Under the pieces are notes generated by a model. It worked only from the letters and a program-made list of their open reading frames with translations, was not told the origin of the DNA and ran no database searches. Positions 1-9,049 of a stretch of DNA of 64,000 nt are shown here, one piece after another (position 1 is the stretch's first letter; each line of letters begins with the position of its first letter). The stretch is taken from positions 3,837 through 67,836 of the forward strand of contig JALEXS010000018.1 of the NCBI GenBank assembly GCA_022780025.1. The letters run 5' to 3'. The stretch is from Mollicutes bacterium. GTDB taxonomy: Bacteria > Bacillota_I > Bacilli_A > RFN20 > CAG-826. The translations under genes were made by a program, and so were the position numbers.

Positions 1-138
1 AACGGAACTCATAAAGAATTAATGAATAAAAAAGGATATTATTATTCTTTATATATGAATCAATTTAAAGATTTAGAAATAGATTCTCAATTAGATATAT
101 ATCAAAATCAAATCTTAGATAAAGATATTAAATTATAA
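1..138 (+). CDS. 3' end of an ABC-type exporter ATP-binding protein (partial, runs off the left edge)
   Basis: Frame 1 is open from base 1 to TAA at 136-138. The translation NGTHKELMNKKGYYYSLYMNQFKDLE... matches the conserved GTHxEL...GxYxxLxxxQ C-terminal tail of MsbA/LmrA-type exporters. Confidence 0.6.
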   Translation, partial: NGTHKELMNKKGYYYSLYMNQFKDLEIDSQLDIYQNQILDKDIKL

Positions 139-141
139 TAT

Positions 142-867
142 TTATATTACATATAAATATATTGCTATAAATTGTAATATAGTACCAATTAAAACAAATA
201 TATGAAATACAGTATGAAACCATATATATTTTTTAGATCCAAGCCCATATAAAATAGATCCTAAACTATAACTAATCCCACCAAATAATAAAAACATAAA
301 TCCATTAAAGCCAATAACATTTAATAATTCTTTAGCTTCTAAAATAATAATCCATCCCGCTACTATATACATAACAAAACTTATTATTTTATATTTATTA
401 ATATTAATAGAATTAAATACAATTCCAATTGTAATTAATATCCATACAATACTAAATATAATATAACCAGAATAAGGAATAACTCCCCACATCGATACAT
501 CTCTTAAACTAACTAAACAAAATGGAGTATAAGAACCTGCAATTAATAAATAAACTGTATCATGATCTATAATTCTTAATACTTTCTTACCATTATTTTT
601 AGCTAAAGCATGATATACACAACTAATTGTATAAGTAATCATTAAAGATACACTATAAATAATAATCGATATAATCTTAATAATATAAGATGTATAACTA
701 TTAAAATCACTACTAGGTAAATTAATATCATAACCAATATTAACTATTTTAATTAAAGAAAATATTAAAACAAATATACCAAATAACGCTCCTAATCCAT
801 GAGTAATACTATTCCATAATTCATCTCTAAGCTTATAATTAGGAAGTTCAACTTCTTTTAAACTCAT
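142..867 (-). CDS. Hemolysin III / PAQR family membrane protein
   Basis: 241 aa with about 7 hydrophobic segments. Family motifs are NSITHGLGA near the N-terminus, HDTVYLLIAGSYTP and HTVFHIFVLIG. Confidence 0.85.
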   Translation of the reverse strand: MSLKEVELPNYKLRDELWNSITHGLGALFGIFVLIFSLIKIVNIGYDINLPSSDFNSYTSYIIKIISIIIYSVSLMITYTISCVYHALAKNNGKKVLRIIDHDTVYLLIAGSYTPFCLVSLRDVSMWGVIPYSGYIIFSIVWILITIGIVFNSININKYKIISFVMYIVAGWIIILEAKELLNVIGFNGFMFLLFGGISYSLGSILYGLGSKKYIWFHTVFHIFVLIGTILQFIAIYLYVI

Positions 868-901
868 ATTAAATACTCCTTTATCTAGTTTATAATACTA
901 G

Positions 902-1000
902 TATAGGTAGTTTTATATTTAATTGCAATATTAAAATAATATTCTAGATAATCTAGAAATTTTAATAAATATGTAAAAATAATATTATTTATTATTTAAA
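902..1000. repeat. Copy 1 of a ~99-bp direct repeat containing the palindrome TTCTAGATAATCTAGAA
   Basis: By-eye alignment with 1586-1683 gives about 90% identity with one small indel. The repeat extends 16 nt into the 3' end of ORF 985-1347. Confidence 0.8.
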
Positions 1001-1347
1001 TCTTCAAAGTTCTCTTTTAAGCACAATTCATTATATTCATCTAATGCAAATGGTTTAACAACGTATGAACCATCATTAATTTCATTTAATCTATCAACAA
1101 TCTTTTGAAGTAAATCACGCATGATAAATCTATCTTTAAATTGCTGTTCATAATTAAACCAACATGGTAAGTCATGTGAATCAAACTCATAGTATGAAGA
1201 GTACATATTTTCTGCTTTTTTATCTAATTTTTGACAAATCTCATCATTTTTTACCAAATCAAAATGCTCTATATATGCTACTCCATCTTCATCACAGCAC
1301 CAAATTGGACCATGTAAATAATCTAGCGTGATTTTTATTAATTCCAT
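985..1347 (-). CDS. Hypothetical small acidic cytoplasmic protein (120 aa)
   Basis: Intact ORF with a GGAGG Shine-Dalgarno sequence upstream. No family recognised. Its ATG sits in a TAATG junction with an upstream start-less open frame. Confidence 0.5.
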   Translation of the reverse strand: MELIKITLDYLHGPIWCCDEDGVAYIEHFDLVKNDEICQKLDKKAENMYSSYYEFDSHDLPCWFNYEQQFKDRFIMRDLLQKIVDRLNEINDGSYVVKPFALDEYNELCLKENFEDLNNK

Positions 1348-1585
1348 TATTTTTTACCTCCTAGTTTCTTTTCTGATCTAATGGTTACGATAAAGTCATT
1401 CCTATCAATTCTAGTAACAATAGCATAGTCACTTTTATATTCATAAACTCTTTCATATACTTTTAACTACTAATCATTTTTAATGTATCACTTAATAAAG
1501 TCAATGAATTTTATACCAGAAAAATTACTAAAAACTATACTTTTATATATTCAATAACTGATAAATATCGACCTAATTCATGTTA

Positions 1586-1683
1586 TATAGGTGGTTTTAT
1601 ATTTAATTACAATATTAAAATAGTATTCTAGATAATCTAGAAATTTTAATAGATTTATAAATAATATTATTTATTATTTAAAA
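1586..1683. repeat. Copy 2 of the ~99-bp direct repeat
   Basis: Same sequence as 902-1000, including the TTCTAGATAATCTAGAA palindrome. It extends 10 nt into the 3' end of the ribokinase gene. Confidence 0.8.
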
Positions 1684-2558
1684 ACTTCTTCTTTATAAGG
1701 AATAGATATTACACTACCCTTTCTACTTACAGCAATAGAACTAGCTTTACTAGCTATATCCATACTTTCTTTAATAGAATATCCACTAGCTAATGAACTA
1801 GTAAAATATCCAATATAAGTATCTCCAGCAGCGACAGTATCAATAGCATTAACTTTATAACAACCTACTTTAATTTCTTTATCTTTAGATTTAAATAAAC
1901 TACCTTGAGTACCTAAAGTAACTAAAACATTTTTAATTCCTTTAGATAATAAATAATCGATAGATTCATTAATATCATCTAATTTAGTATACATTTTAAG
2001 TTCAATCTCATTAGGAATAAAATAATCAATATAACTAAATAATTCTTCTTTTATTTCTCGATAAGGAGCAGGATTATAAATAACTATTTTATTTCTAGCT
2101 TTCGCTTCTTTTATACAAAATTCATTAACTTCTTCGCTAATTTCATTTTGAATTATTAAATAATCCATCTCATCAAATAACTTTAAATCAATATCTTTAC
2201 TAGTTAATTGACCATTACTACCTTCAATAATAATGATCTTATTCTCACTATTTTTATCAATAACAATAGTTGCGTTACCAGTTTCAACATCTTCACACAC
2301 TTTAAGCATTGGTTTAACACCATATTTAATTAAAGTATCTTTAATAATATTTCCATCACTATCATTACCAATAGCACCAATCATTGTTACATCACACATT
2401 TTAGATTTAGCTAGAGCTACTGCTTGATTTTCACCTTTTCCTCCAGGTTGAATAAATCTATTTCTTCCAAAACAAGTTTCGCCATTAACAGGAAAATCAC
2501 CATTTAAATAAACAGTGTAATCCATATTTAAACTACCAACTACTAAACACTTTTTCAT
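1674..2558 (-). CDS. rbsK: Ribokinase (PfkB family)
   Basis: 294 aa. Motifs are PGGKGENQAVALAK (N-terminal GG motif), NPAP, and DTVAAGDTYIGYF (PfkB signature 2). Confidence 0.85.
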   Translation of the reverse strand: MKKCLVVGSLNMDYTVYLNGDFPVNGETCFGRNRFIQPGGKGENQAVALAKSKMCDVTMIGAIGNDSDGNIIKDTLIKYGVKPMLKVCEDVETGNATIVIDKNSENKIIIIEGSNGQLTSKDIDLKLFDEMDYLIIQNEISEEVNEFCIKEAKARNKIVIYNPAPYREIKEELFSYIDYFIPNEIELKMYTKLDDINESIDYLLSKGIKNVLVTLGTQGSLFKSKDKEIKVGCYKVNAIDTVAAGDTYIGYFTSSLASGYSIKESMDIASKASSIAVSRKGSVISIPYKEEVFK

Positions 2559-3262
2559 TTATCTTTCTCCTCAATAACCATCGGTAAAAATAAATTCTCA
2601 ACCATCAATGCTCTTTCTTTCTCATTATTAGATATTTCTATAAAAGCTTTACGATTAATAGCTTCAATAATATAAATATAAAAACTAAATGATATAAAAG
2701 GAGCAATATAAGGTATAAAAAATAAAATTACAAAAAAACATATAAATATTATTAAATTAATAAAAGTTAATAATTTCTTTTTAAGTGATATTAACGCAGA
2801 TTTTTGAATCATCATCATGAAAGTATCATCTTTATAATAATTATTAAATAACATTAAATTAATAAATATACTTAGTAATACTAAAAATATTGGAATAATA
2901 AAACATAAAGAAATATAACCAATATAACTAACTTTAGTATTAACTATTACAACAAAATCAAAATAAATAATAACACCAATAATTAATAAGATGATCATTC
3001 CTAAAACTTCAATTCTCCAAGAAAAACTCCATTGACGTTTTATCTCTAAAAAGAAAGTTTTATAAACATTTTCATCATCTTTATCATTAATTATATTATT
3101 AATAATGGTATGTAAAGACACTAATGAAGGAAAAAATAATACAAATAAAGATAATACACTTACTAAAATAAAGATTATATTAAGCATTAATAAATCAAAA
3201 GCAAGTTTAGAATATCTATATAAAGGACTATTTAATTTCCCTTCTAGTGTCTTTTTACCCAT
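2555..3262 (-). CDS. YesL-like (DUF624) integral membrane protein
   Basis: 235 aa with several TM helices. The N-terminus has YRYSKLAFDLLMLNIIFIL, typical of DUF624 proteins found in sugar ABC loci. Its stop overlaps the rbsK start by 4 nt. Confidence 0.6.
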   Translation of the reverse strand: MGKKTLEGKLNSPLYRYSKLAFDLLMLNIIFILVSVLSLFVLFFPSLVSLHTIINNIINDKDDENVYKTFFLEIKRQWSFSWRIEVLGMIILLIIGVIIYFDFVVIVNTKVSYIGYISLCFIIPIFLVLLSIFINLMLFNNYYKDDTFMMMIQKSALISLKKKLLTFINLIIFICFFVILFFIPYIAPFISFSFYIYIIEAINRKAFIEISNNEKERALMVENLFLPMVIEEKDK

Positions 3263-3272
3263 ATAAATTTAA

Positions 3273-4472
3273 TTAATAATCACTAGGTAACTTCATACCA
3301 GTAGCATAGATTCTATAAGTAGATAAATGACCCCAATCACTACTACCAGCAGATTCATCACTTCTAGTAAAAGCTACACCTAAATTCTTACCTTGAATAA
3401 TTCTAGCAAATTCATCAGTAATTAATCCAGTATTATGATTTCTTAAAAATCCAGTTAATTCTTGATTAATTGTACCAATTAATTTCCATGATGCAGTCGT
3501 ATTATTTCCTTTAAAGAATACTTCACCAACACTACTTCCATCATTATCAATATAATAAACATCAATTGTATCAGCAATAAAATTAGGAGCTTTACCATCT
3601 GTTCCAAAATATTGACGAGGTTTAGTAACGATAATTCTATTTTTAACTTCATCATAAGCAAAATCTGCATTATTAATCATATTAGCATTAGCACCTGTAC
3701 CTCTAATACCTGTAGTATTAATCGCTTTTCTTTCTCTAATTAATTTAAAATTATCAATATCAGAAAAATCATATTCTCTTAAATTAGTAAAGGTACCATT
3801 TTTTGCTCCAATTGTTGTAAATAATAATACTCTACCTTTTTTATCAACTGATACTAAAGAAGGTTGACCAGTTCCCCAACTAGAATCATTACAATCAAAT
3901 TCACTATATTTAACAATAGGATTGATTTTAGATACTCCATCACTTTTAAAATCACATTTAATCCATGGACCACTAGGAGATTTACTAACTGCAATACCTG
4001 TTTCGTTAAGCGTACAATCACTAGGAACACATCCTAAATAAGCCATTAAATAATTATAAGTTTCATTATGAAATTTAAATTCACCTTTAATAACACTAGG
4101 ATCACAAGCGTGTCTAGAATCCCAAGATCCATGTTCACCATGAGTTAATGCATAATTCATTTCACTAGGATAAACTACTTTATCATTAATTATTTTTCCA
4201 TTTTTATAACCAACATAGTCAGTAACATTACCTTCATCTTTATTAGTACAATAATAAACATGAGATTCATTATTTTCTATAAATATTGATGGACAATAAT
4301 CATAATATTTACTTTCTCCTATTGTTCCATGTTCAAATAATAATTTAACTTCACCAACTTCAGGAATAAAATCTTCCTTTTTAGTTGGAACAATATTATT
4401 AGGATTATCTACTTTATTACAACCAGTAAGCATAAATAATATACTACTTAATATTAAATATTTCTTATTCAC
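3273..4472 (-). CDS. Lipoprotein, probable beta-propeller glycoside-hydrolase-like protein (GH43-clan-like, family uncertain)
   Basis: Lipobox LTGC. Motifs WDSRHACDPSVIKGEFKF..YNYLMAYLG..GIAVSKSPSGPW resemble five-bladed propeller GHs. It is a paralogue of 4465-5568. Confidence 0.45.
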   Translation of the reverse strand: MNKKYLILSSILFMLTGCNKVDNPNNIVPTKKEDFIPEVGEVKLLFEHGTIGESKYYDYCPSIFIENNESHVYYCTNKDEGNVTDYVGYKNGKIINDKVVYPSEMNYALTHGEHGSWDSRHACDPSVIKGEFKFHNETYNYLMAYLGCVPSDCTLNETGIAVSKSPSGPWIKCDFKSDGVSKINPIVKYSEFDCNDSSWGTGQPSLVSVDKKGRVLLFTTIGAKNGTFTNLREYDFSDIDNFKLIRERKAINTTGIRGTGANANMINNADFAYDEVKNRIIVTKPRQYFGTDGKAPNFIADTIDVYYIDNDGSSVGEVFFKGNNTTASWKLIGTINQELTGFLRNHNTGLITDEFARIIQGKNLGVAFTRSDESAGSSDWGHLSTYRIYATGMKLPSDY

Positions 4473-5568
4473 TTAAATTAACCTCAAAAGAACATAATTG
4501 AGCAGTATATCTAGATTCTTCGATACCTTCTTGATAAGTAGAATAAATAACTTCTAACTTCTTACTATCTTTATTAACTAAACCATATTCATTAGTAACA
4601 ATAGTTCCACTATAAATTTCATCCCAACCTAAAGAAGTTTCATCTTCTTTAATGATAGTATCACTACCCATAATATTTTTAATTGAATTCCATTTAGTAT
4701 TAATATCGTAAATGATTGAACTATTAGCACTAGCTACTTCAATAGCATTAGATTGACCAGGAGCATTGCTACTTGGCATACCATCATTTATTAAATAAGC
4801 TTTACTATAATCATCATTAAAGATAAATGTAGCATTAGAAATAATTCCATCTTCTCTTAACTTTAATCCACTAGCATTAAGTTCACTATAACCAGTATCA
4901 CTATTAATTTTATTAAGATTAGAAAGATCTAATTCCATTACTCTAGTACCTGATAAATTAGTTTCACCAAAAGAATAAGATAACATTACTTTTCCTTCTT
5001 TATTAATAGAAGTTAAGGAAGGGCTACCATAACCAAAACTTCCAACATATATTGAAGGATTAGATAATATAGGAGTATTACCCACTCTAATATAATTAGA
5101 AAATAAATCATTAGTAACAGCTAAACCAATATGATTATTATAATTATCATTACTATTATTACCTTGATAAGCTAATAAATATTTATATTCTTCTTTATTA
5201 TAAGTAAATTTACCTTTAACAATACTAGGTTGATAAATATATTTATCCCAACCTTCTTCATTACCTTTAAAGATAATTTTTTTCTCTTTATAAACCCATT
5301 TATTATTTTCTTTGACACCTTTTCTAATAGCAAATACTTGATTACCTTTACTTACTTCATTAGCATCATAAATAATAAATCTTTCATTATTTTCTTCAAA
5401 AATAGTAGCATCTTTAGTATTAAAACCGATAGTTTCACTAAATAATAATCCACTACCCATTACATCTTTTTTATCACCTAATTCATAAACTGGTGTTTTA
5501 ACTTTATTACCACAACTAACTAAAAGTAATGTCGATAAGAAATAAAATATAACTCGATTTGTTTTCAT
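4465..5568 (-). CDS. Lipoprotein, paralogue of 3273-4472 (beta-propeller GH-like)
   Basis: Lipobox LVSC. It shares the motif QPSIVKGKFTYNKEEYKYLLAYQG..GLAVT and SPSLTSINKEGKV with its neighbour. Confidence 0.45.
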   Translation of the reverse strand: MKTNRVIFYFLSTLLLVSCGNKVKTPVYELGDKKDVMGSGLLFSETIGFNTKDATIFEENNERFIIYDANEVSKGNQVFAIRKGVKENNKWVYKEKKIIFKGNEEGWDKYIYQPSIVKGKFTYNKEEYKYLLAYQGNNSNDNYNNHIGLAVTNDLFSNYIRVGNTPILSNPSIYVGSFGYGSPSLTSINKEGKVMLSYSFGETNLSGTRVMELDLSNLNKINSDTGYSELNASGLKLREDGIISNATFIFNDDYSKAYLINDGMPSSNAPGQSNAIEVASANSSIIYDINTKWNSIKNIMGSDTIIKEDETSLGWDEIYSGTIVTNEYGLVNKDSKKLEVIYSTYQEGIEESRYTAQLCSFEVNLSE

Positions 5569-5569
5569 A

Positions 5570-8104
5570 TTAGTCTTTTAACCCCATATTAGTTTTAATA
5601 GTATTTTCTTTTGATAAGAAAGTAGTTTTATAAGTATCATTAAAATATAAACCAACATTCTTAATAAAATATTCTAAATCTTCATATCTAGTATTATCAC
5701 TAGTTAAGAAGAAATTACCTGAGAAATAATCTAAATTTAAAATAGTATCGACTCCATCCATACCTTTATTCCAATCAGGAACATTATAAGATGTAAATGG
5801 AACTCTAATATATCCTTTAAATCCTACAGGAATTTGAACTTGGTCAGATTTTGAATACATCATATAATCAATATCTTTTTCAACATCATAAGCTAAATAC
5901 ATTGCAGGATATCCAGTAATACACCATCTTTCAGTATTAGATTTACCAGGAATTAATTCATCAAATTGTAAAGTTAAACCAATTTCTTTAACTGATCTAT
6001 TTTCACAATAGAAAGTAATACCTTTAGCATATTCTTTATTTTCACCATTCATTCTATAAGCAATTTTACGGTCACTAGTTACATTTTTATCAAACATACC
6101 TAAACACATATAATTACCATAAGTATGTCCACTTTCAAAAGGTCCAATATGAACAAACATACCATCTTTTTCTTTATTATAACTACATGCATTATCACCT
6201 ATATCATAAGTAACATTTTGTTTTAAAGTCTTATCATCTTTATAATTTAATGAATCAATAATTTTAACATCACCAATCCAACTAGATGGAATAGGAGTAT
6301 AAACTTTATTAACATTCATAAATTGATCTAAAGCACTATAAACACCATCAAATTCTACTTCAGCTACTTTATAAACAAGAGTTTGTTTTAAATCACTTTG
6401 AGAAATAACACCGATATCACCAAAAGAAATATTTAAACCAGAATCATAGAATGTATGACAAATAACGTTATAACCTTTAACTTTACTCCAATCAAAACTT
6501 TCACCAGCCTTTTGATTTAAGAAACTCTTTTCAATAACAATATTTCCTTTACCTTCGATTGTATGGATAGTATTTGGATCTCCAGTAGTATGATTCATTG
6601 GAGTAGCTACACCATTACTAATAAAGTAAATAGGATTTCTAGCACTATTTGAAGCACTTGGCATATTTAAAATATTATCATTAACATCAACAAATTCTAA
6701 TTGGAAAGCGTAACTTCCAACACCTTCAAAACTAATTGATATAGCTTCACCTTCACTTAAATTAATATTATCTTTAAATCTAGCTGCTACTGTTGAAAAT
6801 ACACTACTATCACTATTTTTATTACTAGTAATATTAACACCATTTTCAACGTCACCACTTAAATTAATCTTAGTATAATCAAATAAAACGATAGGTAATT
6901 CTTTACTACCTTCTAAGATAGTACCAGTTCCACCACTCCAAGTTTCAAAATGATTACTTAAAGCAACACTAGCATATATTTCACTACCATCATAAGCTTT
7001 ATTAACTTTAGAGAATATATCACCAACATTAATATCAATACCATCAGCTTCAAAATAAATTGCATTAGTTGTTTTAATATTATAATTTGATCCAGGCCAG
7101 CCAGTATCACCTTCTAAAGCATCTTTATTAAAACTTAAATAGCCATCAAAATTAGCAGGTAATTCAAAATATTTCCATTCATTTGCAGTTACTTTTTTAC
7201 TAAATTTACCAGTATTATCGTAATAAGTTACTTCTCCACCAGCTTTAATAATTGATCTATTAGCAAATACATCACTAGCTGCATGAATCATAAGCCAAGT
7301 AATCTTATCTAAATTATTTTTAATACGAATATACACTCCATCAGAGAAATCAAATGAATCGAATTTAACCATAAATCCACCATAACTTGCTAATTTATAA
7401 TTAATTCCACCTTTAAAATCACCATCAGGAACAAATGAATCTGCTCTTTCTAATTGAGAAATAGTTTGATAATCACTACATTGATTAATATATGTTTGAT
7501 TAAATTGTTCGGTTGATAATTCAGAAGTATCTAAAATACTCTTAGTATTTGTAAATATATCTCCAATAGCAAAATTAGCATAATTATCAAAGAATCCACT
7601 ATATTCAACATATATTCTCCAAATAGAATTACTTGTAAAATTACCATCACCAACTATTTTTGACATTTGAGTTGTATAATTCATATAAATAAAACCATCA
7701 AAATTAGCAGGTAACATCATATAATTACCCCAAGCTCTTGGAGCTATACCATCAGTTAAAACACCATCAGCAGTATAATAAGTTTGCTTAACATTAGTAG
7801 TAGGTGCAATTATAACACCATTAGTTGAATTAATCTTAAAAGTAATTGGTGTATCAATATTAGTATAATTTTTAATTCTTAAATAGATACCATCTCCTGA
7901 AAAATCAGAATTTCCATTACGTTCAGCATTAATTTCAAAGACATTACCAGTATCAACATCTCTTTTCTTATCACACTTAATGTGAGCTGCTCCATATAAA
8001 TCACCATCAATACTAGTTTCAGTTTTTAATTTTCTAATACTAGCTGGTGCTACAATCATCGCAACAGTACTTGCAAATGATAAACCTAATGCAATTTTAG
8101 TCAT
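5570..8104 (-). CDS. Large exported/anchored repeat protein of unknown function (844 aa)
   Basis: N-terminal hydrophobic signal/anchor (ALGLSFASTVAMIVAPA). A repeated module is marked by G(I/V)Y(L/I)RIKN ... (L)PANFDG(F/Y) at least twice, plus a degenerate IPVGFKGYIRVPF copy. Confidence 0.5.
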   Translation of the reverse strand: MTKIALGLSFASTVAMIVAPASIRKLKTETSIDGDLYGAAHIKCDKKRDVDTGNVFEINAERNGNSDFSGDGIYLRIKNYTNIDTPITFKINSTNGVIIAPTTNVKQTYYTADGVLTDGIAPRAWGNYMMLPANFDGFIYMNYTTQMSKIVGDGNFTSNSIWRIYVEYSGFFDNYANFAIGDIFTNTKSILDTSELSTEQFNQTYINQCSDYQTISQLERADSFVPDGDFKGGINYKLASYGGFMVKFDSFDFSDGVYIRIKNNLDKITWLMIHAASDVFANRSIIKAGGEVTYYDNTGKFSKKVTANEWKYFELPANFDGYLSFNKDALEGDTGWPGSNYNIKTTNAIYFEADGIDINVGDIFSKVNKAYDGSEIYASVALSNHFETWSGGTGTILEGSKELPIVLFDYTKINLSGDVENGVNITSNKNSDSSVFSTVAARFKDNINLSEGEAISISFEGVGSYAFQLEFVDVNDNILNMPSASNSARNPIYFISNGVATPMNHTTGDPNTIHTIEGKGNIVIEKSFLNQKAGESFDWSKVKGYNVICHTFYDSGLNISFGDIGVISQSDLKQTLVYKVAEVEFDGVYSALDQFMNVNKVYTPIPSSWIGDVKIIDSLNYKDDKTLKQNVTYDIGDNACSYNKEKDGMFVHIGPFESGHTYGNYMCLGMFDKNVTSDRKIAYRMNGENKEYAKGITFYCENRSVKEIGLTLQFDELIPGKSNTERWCITGYPAMYLAYDVEKDIDYMMYSKSDQVQIPVGFKGYIRVPFTSYNVPDWNKGMDGVDTILNLDYFSGNFFLTSDNTRYEDLEYFIKNVGLYFNDTYKTTFLSKENTIKTNMGLKD

Positions 8105-8128
8105 ATTATCGCTCCTTTCTAATTTGCA

Positions 8129-9049
8129 TTAAATATCAAGAATTTCTTTAAATAAACTAAAGAACTTCTCTTTATTCAAAGATGTAGAAACATAAATTTC
8201 ACTAGATTTATTATCATTTATAAATGTATAACCATCTCTAGATAAATCTACATCTAATTTAACCTTTTTTAATGTAACAATATCTTCATCAATTAAACTT
8301 GCTACTGTTAAAGGATCATGCATTACAGGATTAGCAAATTGATAATGACTAAACCATTTCATCATCGCTTCATAAACAAGTTTAATTGCATTTGATTTAT
8401 TATTTTTTAAATCATTAACTTCTTCATCAGTTAAAGTAGTTAAACTAGTAGTATTTAAAGTAATACCAACAATTTTTTTAACACCACTATTAATAACAAT
8501 ACTAGCTGCTTCAGGATCACAAAATATATTCCATTCAACAAAATTAAAATCAAGACCTGCTCCCATAAATCTAATTTCTTTAATTAAAGGGATAATAGTA
8601 GGATCTTTTTTAATAGCTAAAGCAATATTAGTCATTGGTCCAATTGGAATTAAAGTTACTTCATTAGGATATTTATGAATAGATTCAATAATAAAATCAA
8701 CTGCATTAGTGCTTTCAATTTCATAATCTTTCATTTTCTCATCCCATTGAGGAAATAAATATTTACCATCTTCATCAACTACTTCTTTTTCTTTTATTTC
8801 TTTAGAAATTAAATGATTGATATCTTGTTTAATAGGATTATCTATACCTGGATAAACTTTTATATCATAACCTAAAGAAGCAATAAGACATTTAGCCATT
8901 TTTGCTCTTTTTATTGAATTTCTAAAAACAGTAGTAACACCTAAACAATCAAATTTATGACTTTCTAATAAAAGTAATAAAGCAAAAGAATCATCAATAT
9001 CATCACCAATATCAGTATCCAAAATTACTTTTTTTAATGTATTATTCAT
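8129..9049 (-). CDS. Inosine-uridine-preferring nucleoside hydrolase family protein
   Basis: DTDIGDDIDDSFAL (the DxDxxxDD Ca-binding motif) and WNIFCDPEAA. Start moved to the ATG at 9049, which is preceded by GGAGAGG 8 nt upstream. The track start at 9082 lies inside the upstream gene. Confidence 0.8.
   Translation of the reverse strand: MNNTLKKVILDTDIGDDIDDSFALLLLLESHKFDCLGVTTVFRNSIKRAKMAKCLIASLGYDIKVYPGIDNPIKQDINHLISKEIKEKEVVDEDGKYLFPQWDEKMKDYEIESTNAVDFIIESIHKYPNEVTLIPIGPMTNIALAIKKDPTIIPLIKEIRFMGAGLDFNFVEWNIFCDPEAASIVINSGVKKIVGITLNTTSLTTLTDEEVNDLKNNKSNAIKLVYEAMMKWFSHYQFANPVMHDPLTVASLIDEDIVTLKKVKLDVDLSRDGYTFINDNKSSEIYVSTSLNKEKFFSLFKEILDI

Noticed and set aside
1348-1585. A possible small gene upstream of the 120-aa ORF, with an open frame ending in a TAATG overlap.
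   Set aside because: There is no ATG, GTG or TTG start in frame. Two TAG stops immediately precede the open stretch. Other frames give only ORFs of 23 aa or less. I treated it as a possible gene remnant, not as a feature.
2233-2427. Short ORFs in the supplied track that lie inside, and mostly antisense to, long genes. These are 2233-2427, 3479-3670, 5230-5445, 17422-17604, 28316-28513, 32784-32993, 47530-47733, 51561-51758, 54241-54426, 57476-57709, 60272-60460 and 62438-62635.
   Set aside because: Each is fully embedded in a much longer ORF with clear family motifs. Their translations are low-complexity Ile/Leu/Phe/Lys strings, as expected from alternative frames of AT-rich coding DNA. None has a recognisable Shine-Dalgarno sequence.
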